Positions 56,341 through 64,000 of a DNA stretch of 64,000 nt are shown here, one piece after another. The DNA comes from an uncultured Hyphomicrobiales bacterium (GTDB lineage: Bacteria; Bacteroidota; Ignavibacteria; Kapaibacteriales; UBA2268): positions 80,025 through 144,024 of the forward strand of contig CAZDXB010000003.1 in assembly GCA_964509335.1 (NCBI GenBank). The letters are read 5' to 3'. A model generated the notes under the pieces. That model searched no databases, was not told where the DNA came from, and saw only the letters and a list, made by a program, of their open reading frames with translations. Position 1 is the stretch's first letter; each line of letters starts with the position of its first letter. The translations under genes were made by a program, and so were the position numbers.

Positions 56341-57792
56341 TTATTTCGTTAAAACCAGCTTCTTGTAAAAAGTTTCATTTCCCAGAGTTAATCTTATGTA
56401 ATATACTCCGGGCGAAAAGTTGTCGCAATTAACGGGTATTTTGTTCCTTCCGATTTTAGCAGTTTTAGCTGAAGCGCAATCGAAAACCTTTTTGCCAAAC
56501 AAATCATATATTTCGAGACTCATTTTGTATTGTTTTGTCGAATTGAACGCTATCGTCGCTTTTCCTTCGGAGGGATTGGGATATACGTTTACGAAAATAT
56601 CTTCTGTCTCGTCTTCATCGACGCCGACGCCGCCTGTGTATTTAGCCGAGACGTTGTAGTTGTTTTCGCCTAAGTCTGTTGTAACTTTCAAGAAAGCGGC
56701 GTAGTCGCCGTTAGCTTCCGGCGGAGTGAACTTGACGGTGATAGTCTTCGAAGTTGTAGCGTTTACGAATACCGGAAAATCATCAATTCCGCTATAACTG
56801 AATACGCTGTCTTGATTATTTATGAATTCTACTTTTTTAATTCTGCAGTATCTATTGCCGTTGTTGTTTAGAACAAAATCAATTTTTTGGACTTCGTCGC
56901 TTGAAACTTCTCCGAAATTGACGTAATACGGGTCGACATCCAAATTCGCTCTTATATTTTGGCCGCCTTGCCAACCGGCGATTCGCGCTAAAATCCACCA
57001 GAAGGCTTTAGCTTTAAGTTGGCAATTAATGCAAGGGGTTATATAGCAAGGGCAATCGCCGCATTCGTCGGGGTGTCGCTCGCAATATTCGTCAGCCCAA
57101 TTGCCGCCGTCGTAATCCAATCGGTCGTCGCAACCTTTGTTTAGGAAATAGTTGCCGTCGGGGTCGTAACTTTCTAAATCGGCGAAATCGTATAGCATTT
57201 TGCCGTTTTCGATGCAATAACTTCTCACTATGTTGTTGTTTCGATTTAACTTGCCGTCTTCTCCGGTTCCTTCCAAATGCCCCGTCATATATATAAAATG
57301 AACGTTTCGATGGGAACGTTCGAGAGAATCCATTTGCTCCAAATATTTTCGGACTCCTTCTTCTGTTTTCATATTCATCCAGCCTGCCCAAGACCACATC
57401 ACGACGTTAGTAGAGTCGTTGTCCGGATTTAGAAGCTCGCCTGTTTTACGTATCCAATCGCCGAAGCCGAGCGCGCCCATTTGCCCTTCGGGTATTCCGC
57501 TAATTAAACATAGATAAGGGTCTTGTCCCGAGCCTTCGCCGCCGAATCTATCCCAAAGATAAAGCGAATCGGCGTTGTCTTTTAAGACGTGCATTCCGGT
57601 TATTATCTGTCCGCCGTGGTTCTTGTGTCCGTAAGAAACGACTAAATCTCTTCTGGCTTTTAGTATCCAACTGTTTGGTATTTCGCTTAAATCGGTTGAG
57701 TTGTGGTCCGCGATGATGGCGTTATCCTGCGAAAAAGCGATAGAAACGAGAAAAAGAAAGGTTATCCCAAAAGAAACTAAATTTTTTAGCAT
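56341..57792 (-). CDS. Secreted protein with Cys-rich cluster and T9SS C-terminal sorting domain
   Basis: 483 aa. Signal peptide. Central cluster DEYCERHPDECGDCPCYITPCINC (6 Cys in 21 residues). C-terminal Por sorting domain (VNVYPNPSEGKATIAF...GVYYIRLTLGNETFYKKLVLTK). Confidence 0.6.
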   Translation of the reverse strand: MLKNLVSFGITFLFLVSIAFSQDNAIIADHNSTDLSEIPNSWILKARRDLVVSYGHKNHGGQIITGMHVLKDNADSLYLWDRFGGEGSGQDPYLCLISGIPEGQMGALGFGDWIRKTGELLNPDNDSTNVVMWSWAGWMNMKTEEGVRKYLEQMDSLERSHRNVHFIYMTGHLEGTGEDGKLNRNNNIVRSYCIENGKMLYDFADLESYDPDGNYFLNKGCDDRLDYDGGNWADEYCERHPDECGDCPCYITPCINCQLKAKAFWWILARIAGWQGGQNIRANLDVDPYYVNFGEVSSDEVQKIDFVLNNNGNRYCRIKKVEFINNQDSVFSYSGIDDFPVFVNATTSKTITVKFTPPEANGDYAAFLKVTTDLGENNYNVSAKYTGGVGVDEDETEDIFVNVYPNPSEGKATIAFNSTKQYKMSLEIYDLFGKKVFDCASAKTAKIGRNKIPVNCDNFSPGVYYIRLTLGNETFYKKLVLTK

Positions 57793-57948
57793 AGATAACT
57801 CCAGCTATAATTCTCAATTTGCAACTTTGTTAATTTAAATATTTTTTAAGACAAAGTCAACGTTTATTAAAGGTTTATTTTTAACGCAAATTGAGCGATT
57901 TGTTCACTAAAATTTCTAACTGTATAATTGTTGAGTCAAAGCAAACCG

Positions 57949-58629
57949 CTAGAAAACCACTCCTAGCGAAAGAGTTACGTAGCGTTTATCTTCTTCGCCG
58001 CTTACTTTTCCGATTAGATTCATAAAGTTATATTTGGCTTCTACGTTAAGCGTAATAATCGGCAAGTCGAAATCGACGCCCGCGCCGATTCCGAAACCGA
58101 CGCGGCTGTCTGTCGGACCGGTCGGCATATCTATTCCCATCGGCGTTTCTACGGCGTTTGAAATATAATTATAAGTAAGTTCGCCTGTTCCGTAAACTCC
58201 TAAAAAAGATTTGAAAACGTAATAGTTGAATCCTACGGAAATTGGAACAACGTTGGTGGAAGCTTTGATTCTACCTATTGATGTGTCGGCTCCCGAATCT
58301 ACTATTTCTATATCGCTTCTTGGGAACTTGTTCCAACCAATGCCGCCTTTGAACGTAAAGTTATTCGACAGCTCAAACCTTCCTTTTATGCCAATGCAAT
58401 ATCCTGTTTGAGTCCCTTCTCTCATTAAGTCGCCGACTATGTCTTCGCTTATCTGTATATTGTCTTTATTATAAACGTCGTTGACTTTATCGTTTGGAGT
58501 CGAAAGCCCGGCGTAAAAGCCGAAACCGGTTAAAGCCGTCAACTGAAAAGAGCTAAAAAGTGAGATTAGCAAGGAAACCGCCGTAATTTTCAATGTTTTT
58601 TTCATTTTGTCTATCTTGTTTATTAACAA
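57949..58629 (-). CDS. Outer-membrane beta-barrel protein (OmpA-like/OmpW-like porin family)
   Basis: 226 aa. Signal peptide. Alternating amphipathic beta-strands. C-terminal aromatic residue (VVF). Confidence 0.6.
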   Translation of the reverse strand: MLINKIDKMKKTLKITAVSLLISLFSSFQLTALTGFGFYAGLSTPNDKVNDVYNKDNIQISEDIVGDLMREGTQTGYCIGIKGRFELSNNFTFKGGIGWNKFPRSDIEIVDSGADTSIGRIKASTNVVPISVGFNYYVFKSFLGVYGTGELTYNYISNAVETPMGIDMPTGPTDSRVGFGIGAGVDFDLPIITLNVEAKYNFMNLIGKVSGEEDKRYVTLSLGVVF

Positions 58630-58780
58630 TTTATTTTCAAATTTAAGCTAAAAAAATCTTTTTAAAAAAAATTTTTTAACCTTTTCAAAATTCTTTTGTT
58701 ATATAAACGATAGTTGACAAATTTTTAATATTTTTGTCTGGATAACAAAACAGTATTATTAATAAAATCGAAATTTAATT

Positions 58781-60670
58781 ATGAAATTACTAAAAACGTT
58801 AAATATTGTTGTCGCCGTTATGCTAACGATTTGCGCTATTCAAGCGAAACCGAAAGCGGTTCCGCCCTCTGTGGGGCTTTACGGCGGATTAAATTTGAAT
58901 TTGCACAGCCCTTCGTTTGAGTATGAGTTTGAAACGTCTCACGTTGTGTTTGACGAGAACGGCTCCGGCGTAGGAGCGACGTTTGGTTTTACGGGACTGC
59001 TTCCTTTCGATAGCGTTTTTGTTCTGTCAGGCTATATCGGATATAATAATATGGGCGGTTTTTTGTCGAAAGACATTAACGGAGGAACGTATGATTTGGA
59101 GGCGAGTTTGAATTATATTGAAATTTCGCCAGTTATGCAGTTTCACAACGTCGTCCCTTTGGACAATTTCTATTTGTTAGCCGGCGTGGAAACTGGCATT
59201 CCGCTTTCGCCGAGGTATTCAATAAAAAGCGATACGGCAATAAAAGAAAACAAAACCGTTCCCGACGCTAACTTTCGGATGGCGGGCATTGCCGGAGCGG
59301 GATATAAACTAAATATAGGCGAGGGGATTAACTTGTTTCCCGAACTTACTTTCAGATTGCCCTTCTCTGAAGTGTCCAATGACGCAATATTTGATTCGTG
59401 GGAAGTTCCGCAAGTGAGGTTTGGCGTTTCTATCAATTTTTCGCTGAAAAAGCCCGAAAAGGAGCCCGTGGTCGAGGAGTCTGAGCTCAATGTCGGTTTC
59501 GACGAAGTGAATTATTACGATAAAGAAGGCAACAAATATCCTTTGGGAAGAGCGAGGGTAGAGGAAGTAAAATACACCGAACAGTTCCCGTTGATTCCTT
59601 ACGTTTTCTTCGAAAAGAATAAAGCGAAGATTGGCGACGAACTGCAAGTTTTTAGCGCGCAAAATCAAGCCGGCAGGTTTACTATAAATTCTTTGGAGCC
59701 GGACGCCGAGGAAATCAACGTTAGGATTTTAGATATTGTCGGCAAAAGAATGGAAGACAATCCTCGAGCAAAATTAACCATTACGGGAACTGTTGACGGC
59801 GTGGAAGAAAAAAACCAAGATTTGGCGATGAAGAGAGCGGTATTCGCCAAGAAATATTTGGTTGATAATTATGAGATTTCTTCCGATAATATTGAGGTTC
59901 GCGCTACGGGAACGCCGGAAGAGCCTTCGACTACTAAAGTGCCGGAAGGTTTAAGCGAGAACAGGAGAATTGAACTATCGAGTTCAAACCCTGAAATTAT
60001 GGAACCTATTGTTATACAGAATGAAAACCAAACTGTCGCCAATCCTAATTTAGTGGAATTCATTCCCGATATTTATTCTACCGATTCTATAGTGGATTGG
60101 ACGCTAACTATTACTCAAGAAGGCGAGAAAATAAGAACGTTCAACGGCGACAGCGTTCCCAGCGAAATCGCTTGGGTGATAATTCCGAACGAGTTAGAAA
60201 AGAGCGAACTGCCGATTGAGTATGTTTTACGAGCCAAGAATTCCGTTGGACTCGAAGAGTCGGCTTCGGGAACTATCCCCATAGATTACTATTCTTTTAC
60301 GAGAAAGAAGTCTGAAGATTTGCCGGACAAAACGGTTTCCAAATTTAGCCTGATTCTGTTCGATTTCGACAGCGACAAAATCTCCGACAAGGATATGAGA
60401 ATTGTGAACGACTACATTCTGCCGGCAGTTAAATTCAATTCAACCGTGAAAATATACGGTTACACCGACGAGATAGGAGACGACCGATATAACAAAAATT
60501 TAGCGAAACGCAGAGCCGAGACGGTAAGAGATTTGTTAAAATCGAAAGTTGAAACCGCTAAATTTCAAATATACGGAATCGGAGAGAGCGAAAGTATTTT
60601 CAATAACGAATCTCCGATAGGCAGGCATTTGTCTAGAACCGTTCAAGTTTACGTAATAACTCCGAAGTAA
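58781..60670 (+). CDS. OmpA family protein: N-terminal beta-barrel plus two tandem OmpA-like peptidoglycan-binding domains
   Basis: 629 aa. Signal peptide. Beta-barrel region about 30-230. OmpA-like domain 1 (ITGTVDG...NRRIEL) and domain 2 (IYGYTDEIGDDRYNKNLAKRRAETV...RTVQVYV). Confidence 0.75.
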   Translation: MKLLKTLNIVVAVMLTICAIQAKPKAVPPSVGLYGGLNLNLHSPSFEYEFETSHVVFDENGSGVGATFGFTGLLPFDSVFVLSGYIGYNNMGGFLSKDINGGTYDLEASLNYIEISPVMQFHNVVPLDNFYLLAGVETGIPLSPRYSIKSDTAIKENKTVPDANFRMAGIAGAGYKLNIGEGINLFPELTFRLPFSEVSNDAIFDSWEVPQVRFGVSINFSLKKPEKEPVVEESELNVGFDEVNYYDKEGNKYPLGRARVEEVKYTEQFPLIPYVFFEKNKAKIGDELQVFSAQNQAGRFTINSLEPDAEEINVRILDIVGKRMEDNPRAKLTITGTVDGVEEKNQDLAMKRAVFAKKYLVDNYEISSDNIEVRATGTPEEPSTTKVPEGLSENRRIELSSSNPEIMEPIVIQNENQTVANPNLVEFIPDIYSTDSIVDWTLTITQEGEKIRTFNGDSVPSEIAWVIIPNELEKSELPIEYVLRAKNSVGLEESASGTIPIDYYSFTRKKSEDLPDKTVSKFSLILFDFDSDKISDKDMRIVNDYILPAVKFNSTVKIYGYTDEIGDDRYNKNLAKRRAETVRDLLKSKVETAKFQIYGIGESESIFNNESPIGRHLSRTVQVYVITPK

Positions 60671-60733
60671 ATAAATTTAAATCGTTTTTTAATCGTCTTT
60701 AGTTTTTTAATTAAAGATGGATTGAGTTTTATT

Positions 60734-62626
60734 ATGAGCGATAGATTTGATTTGTTAAAAAAGATTGATTCTCCAAAAGATTTAAAGAAAATACCTTTGG
60801 AAAAACTTCCGGAGGTGTGCGACGAGCTTAGGCAGTATATACTTAATACGATATCGAGAACCGGAGGTCATCTGGGAGCCGGGCTTGGCGTCGTGGAACT
60901 TACCGCCGCTCTTCATTACGTTTACGACACCCCCAAAGATAAAATCATCTGGGACGTGGGGCATCAGGGATACCCTCATAAAGTATTGACCGGAAGAAGG
61001 GACAGACTTCACACTATACGTCAGAAGAACGGATTATCAGGCTTTCTGAAGCCGAGCGAGAGCGAATACGACGCGTTCGGAGCCGGACACGCAAGCACTA
61101 GTATTTCCGCCGCTTTGGGAATGGCTACGGCAAGGGATTTATTAGAAAGAGACAATAAAGTCGTAGCGGTAATCGGAGACGGGGCTTTAACGGGCGGTAT
61201 GGCTTACGAAGCGATGAATAATTGCGGCGTTCAGAAAAGAGATATAACGGTGATTTTGAACGACAACAATATGTCGATAAATTCCAATATTTCCGCTCTT
61301 TCAAATTATTTTAACGAGATATTCGCTTCTCCGATTGTCGAGAAGGTTCGTTCGGATATTTGGGAGTTGACCGGCAAGATGGAAGATTTCGGCGACAGAA
61401 TCAGAAGAGTAGCTTCGAGAATTGAAGGAGGAATAAAAGCCATAATTACACCCGGAAGTTTATTCGAAGCGTTCGGTTTCAAATATTACGGTCCTATCGG
61501 CGGGCACAACGCGCAGCGGCTTGTGAGGATGCTGAGTCGAATAAAAGACATTAGCGGTCCGGTTTTGCTTCACGTCATTTCGCAAAAAGGCAAAGGTTAC
61601 CCGCCGGCTGAAAAGGATTCGCAAAAGCTACACGCGGTCGGGAAAATAGATATTAATACCGGCAAATCTATCAAGACAAAAAAGAAACAATTGAAGCCTT
61701 ATTATCAAGTTTTCGGCGAAGCTTTAACCGAGATATGCGAGAAGAATCCCAAGGTAGCGGCTATTACGGCGGCTATGGCGGAAGGCACGGGTTTAGACAA
61801 AATTAGAGACAAATTCCCCGATAGATTTTTCGACGTCGGAATTGCCGAACAGCACGCCGTTACGTTCGCCTCCGGATTAGCGAAAGAAGGAATAATTCCC
61901 GTTTGCGCTCTTTATTCGACTTTTTTGCAAAGGGGTTACGACCAGATTGTTCACGATTGCGCTATTCAGGGATTAAAAGTAATCTTCGCCGTCGATAGAG
62001 CCGGCTTGGTGGGAGCCGACGGTCCGACTCATCACGGAACTTTGGACTTGGCTTATCTGCGTTCTGTGCAAAAGATGACGCTTGCCGCTCCCAAAGACGA
62101 GCGAGAACTTAGGGATTTACTTTTCTCCGCCGTTTATTATTATCCTCAAGGACCAATCGCTATTCGCTATCCGAGAGGAATTGGCGAAGGAGCCGATCTG
62201 ACGCCGATGAATCCCATACCTCACGGCAAAGGCGAAATCCTAAGAGAAGGAAAAGACGTCGCGATTTTAGCCATAGGCAAAATGGTGGGAAAAACTCTTA
62301 GAGCGGCGGATATATTAAAGGAAAATAAAATCTCCGCAGAAGTAATCAACGCCAGATTTGTAAAGCCTTTGGACGAAGAGCTACTAGACAAAGTATTTTC
62401 GAAATTTAACAAAATTATGACTGTCGAAGAAGGGCAAATCCGCGGAGGATTTGGTTCGGCGGTATTAGAATGCTTGTCCGGCAAAAAACTGAAGAAGACG
62501 AAAATACTCCTTCACGGCATTCCCGATAAATTCGTCGAACACGGTAGCCAAGACGAACTGCTCAAAGATTTGAGTCTCGACGAAGAGGGAATAGCTCTTA
62601 CCGCTAAGAAATTTCTAGGCAAATAG
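60734..62626 (+). CDS. dxs: 1-deoxy-D-xylulose-5-phosphate synthase
   Basis: TPP-binding GDGALTGGMAYEAMN, DXS N-terminal block GGHLGAGLGVVELTAALHYVYDTPKDKIIWDVGHQGYPHK, and transketolase-like C-domains. ATG at 60734 is preferred over the TTG at 60722. Confidence 0.9.
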   Translation: MSDRFDLLKKIDSPKDLKKIPLEKLPEVCDELRQYILNTISRTGGHLGAGLGVVELTAALHYVYDTPKDKIIWDVGHQGYPHKVLTGRRDRLHTIRQKNGLSGFLKPSESEYDAFGAGHASTSISAALGMATARDLLERDNKVVAVIGDGALTGGMAYEAMNNCGVQKRDITVILNDNNMSINSNISALSNYFNEIFASPIVEKVRSDIWELTGKMEDFGDRIRRVASRIEGGIKAIITPGSLFEAFGFKYYGPIGGHNAQRLVRMLSRIKDISGPVLLHVISQKGKGYPPAEKDSQKLHAVGKIDINTGKSIKTKKKQLKPYYQVFGEALTEICEKNPKVAAITAAMAEGTGLDKIRDKFPDRFFDVGIAEQHAVTFASGLAKEGIIPVCALYSTFLQRGYDQIVHDCAIQGLKVIFAVDRAGLVGADGPTHHGTLDLAYLRSVQKMTLAAPKDERELRDLLFSAVYYYPQGPIAIRYPRGIGEGADLTPMNPIPHGKGEILREGKDVAILAIGKMVGKTLRAADILKENKISAEVINARFVKPLDEELLDKVFSKFNKIMTVEEGQIRGGFGSAVLECLSGKKLKKTKILLHGIPDKFVEHGSQDELLKDLSLDEEGIALTAKKFLGK

Positions 62627-62653
62627 GAATATATAATTGATTTTAGGAAGTTG

Positions 62654-62729
62654 CGGGGCCGACGAGACTCGAACTCGCGGCCTCCAGTGTGACAGACTGG
62701 CGCTCTAACCAAAGCTGAGCTACGGCCCC
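62654..62729 (-). tRNA. tRNA-Asp (anticodon GTC)
   Basis: 76 nt. GGGGCCG-TA-GCTC-AGCTTTGGTTA-GAGC-G-CCAGT-CTGTCAC-ACTGG-AGGCC-GCGAG-TTCGAGT-CTCGT-CGGCCCC-G. No encoded CCA. Confidence 0.85.
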
Positions 62730-62743
62730 TTTTTATTTTTACG

Positions 62744-62816
<73 letters not shown>

Positions 62817-62849
62817 CCGCTTTATTCTATACGATATAATCTATCTATT

Positions 62850-62885
62850 TCAAAAAACGTCTCTCAAACGAGACGACAAAAATAA
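62850..62885. other. A-run / hairpin CGTCTC-tcaaac-GAGACG / A-run element upstream of the tRNA-Ala-Asp pair (terminator-like when read on the minus strand)
   Basis: AAAAAA CGTCTC TCAAAC GAGACG ACAAAAA. The minus-strand reading gives the hairpin followed by TTTTTTG. Confidence 0.35.
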
Positions 62886-63024
62886 ACGATATTTTATAAA
62901 AACACAAATTAAATTTTAAATTAGTTAATAAATATATTCGTTTAGTTAATCGCTAGTTTTTATTAAATTCAAAGTTTTAATTATAAACTTATAAATTTTA
63001 TGTCGAATAATTTTTTAAGGCGAT

Positions 63025-63750
63025 ATGTCGGTAGTATTTATTACGGGGTCGGGAAGACGAATGGGGAAAGGTCTGGCTCTTAGGTTTGCCGAAAAAGGCT
63101 GGGACGTCGCGGTTCACTACGGCAAATCCGAAAATCAGACGATTGATACGGTTGAGGAAATCAGGGGAAAGGGAGTCAAAGCCTACCCCTTTCAAGCGGA
63201 CGTGAGGAACGGCGACGAATGCGAAAAAGCGATGAACGCAGCCGCTAGTGAGTTGGGGGTTCCCGACGTTTTAGTTAACAACGCGGGAGTTTTCCCCGAA
63301 GCTAAAGAAGTGGCGGAAATTTCTACTGATTTCTGGAACGACGTGATTAACGTTAATTTAAGAGGCGAGTTCCATTTTGCCAGAAGTTTCGCTAAAATCG
63401 CCAAAGAAGGCGCGCGAATCATTAATATAGCTAGTCTCGGCGCTTTGGAAGTGTGGAAAGGCAGGCTGCCGTATAATGTTTCCAAAGCGGGCGTAGTCCA
63501 ATTGACAAAAGCTCTGGCTCTGAATTTAGCGCCTGAAATTTCCGTTAACGCCGTGTGTCCGGGAGCTATCAGTATGCCCGACGAAATTACCGACGCCGAC
63601 GCTTTCAGAGTAAATACGAAGAAAATTCCGATGGGAAGATACGGAACAGTTTCGGATATTTTTGACGCTACTTATTTCTTCGCTACCGCAAGTTCTTATA
63701 TCACCGGGCAAATAATAACGGTTGACGGCGGCTATCATTTGGCAAGATAA
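63025..63750 (+). CDS. Short-chain dehydrogenase/reductase (SDR), pteridine-reductase/FolM-like
   Basis: 241 aa. TGSGRRMG Rossmann motif. NNAG, catalytic Y-x3-K (YNVSKAG). C-terminal ITGQIITVDGG. Confidence 0.8.
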   Translation: MSVVFITGSGRRMGKGLALRFAEKGWDVAVHYGKSENQTIDTVEEIRGKGVKAYPFQADVRNGDECEKAMNAAASELGVPDVLVNNAGVFPEAKEVAEISTDFWNDVINVNLRGEFHFARSFAKIAKEGARIINIASLGALEVWKGRLPYNVSKAGVVQLTKALALNLAPEISVNAVCPGAISMPDEITDADAFRVNTKKIPMGRYGTVSDIFDATYFFATASSYITGQIITVDGGYHLAR

Positions 63751-63861
63751 CATTTAGAGTCATTGTTCGAAGAATAGTAATAGATAAGTTAATATTTTAA
63801 GTAACAATCGGTTATACTTTAATTTGGGCTTTTTTTTCTAAATTAATTTTAGAGGTAATGC

Positions 63862-64000
63862 AATGGAAAAAGAATTGGAAGAATATTATCAGTCGATAAA
63901 ACCCGTGAATAAAGCCAAGAAAGCTTACGACAACCAGAGTTTTATACATAGTCCGGACGGCAGAGTAATTAGGATGCTCGCGGAGTATTTGCATCCCAAG
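63862..64000 (+). CDS. LOG-family (TIGR00730, Rossmann-fold nucleotide-binding) protein, 5' fragment running off the window
   Basis: MEKELEEYYQSIKPVNKAKKAYDNQSFIHSPDGRVIRMLAEYLHP resembles the conserved N-terminal block of LOG/YgdH-type proteins (AYxNxxFLxSxxARxIRxLxEYxEP). RBS-like GAGG upstream. Confidence 0.45.

Overview
The window looks like a core chromosomal segment of an AT-rich (about 40% GC) Gram-negative bacterium, probably an uncultivated member of the Fibrobacterota-Chlorobiota-Bacteroidota (FCB) group. Four proteins end in type IX secretion system (T9SS, Por) C-terminal sorting domains, the genome encodes Kdo transferase and TolC/RND/OmpA envelope proteins, and TTTG...TAnnTTTG motifs sit upstream of several genes. 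Coding density is high, with about 45 protein genes and 4 tRNAs, and I see no transposase, integrase, phage gene, CRISPR array or restriction-modification system. Content is housekeeping (purL, dxs, gdhA, rpsA, tsaD, cinA, recO, nadD, waaA, pcm, an EF-G paralog, L-lysine 6-transaminase). There is a heavy load of signal transduction genes: five PAS/GAF/TPR histidine kinases, including a 1136-aa hybrid kinase, two tandem LuxR-type response-regulator paralogs, and an HDOD protein. A TetR-TolC-MFP-RND efflux operon and two glycosyltransferase clusters are also present. I cannot support a clear-cut novel defence or mobile system. The observations most worth a second look are: (1) an EF-G paralog whose catalytic switch-II His is replaced by Tyr (DTPGY); (2) two tandemly duplicated small 2[4Fe-4S] ferredoxins with an atypical CxxCx8CxxxCP second motif, next to an amidohydrolase; (3) a duplicated NarL/LuxR response-regulator module linked to a T9SS cargo protein and a divergent TPR sensor kinase; (4) ribosomal protein S1 with acidic N- and C-terminal extensions encoded partly by perfect 18-bp tandem repeats; (5) a GT4 - PAS kinase - signal-peptide-bearing protein-L-isoaspartate methyltransferase operon; (6) several giant T9SS surface proteins (vWA adhesin, BNR/Asp-box protein with three tandem EYYWRV repeats). 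Coordinates of non-ORF features were read by hand and may be off by 1-2 nt near homopolymer runs.
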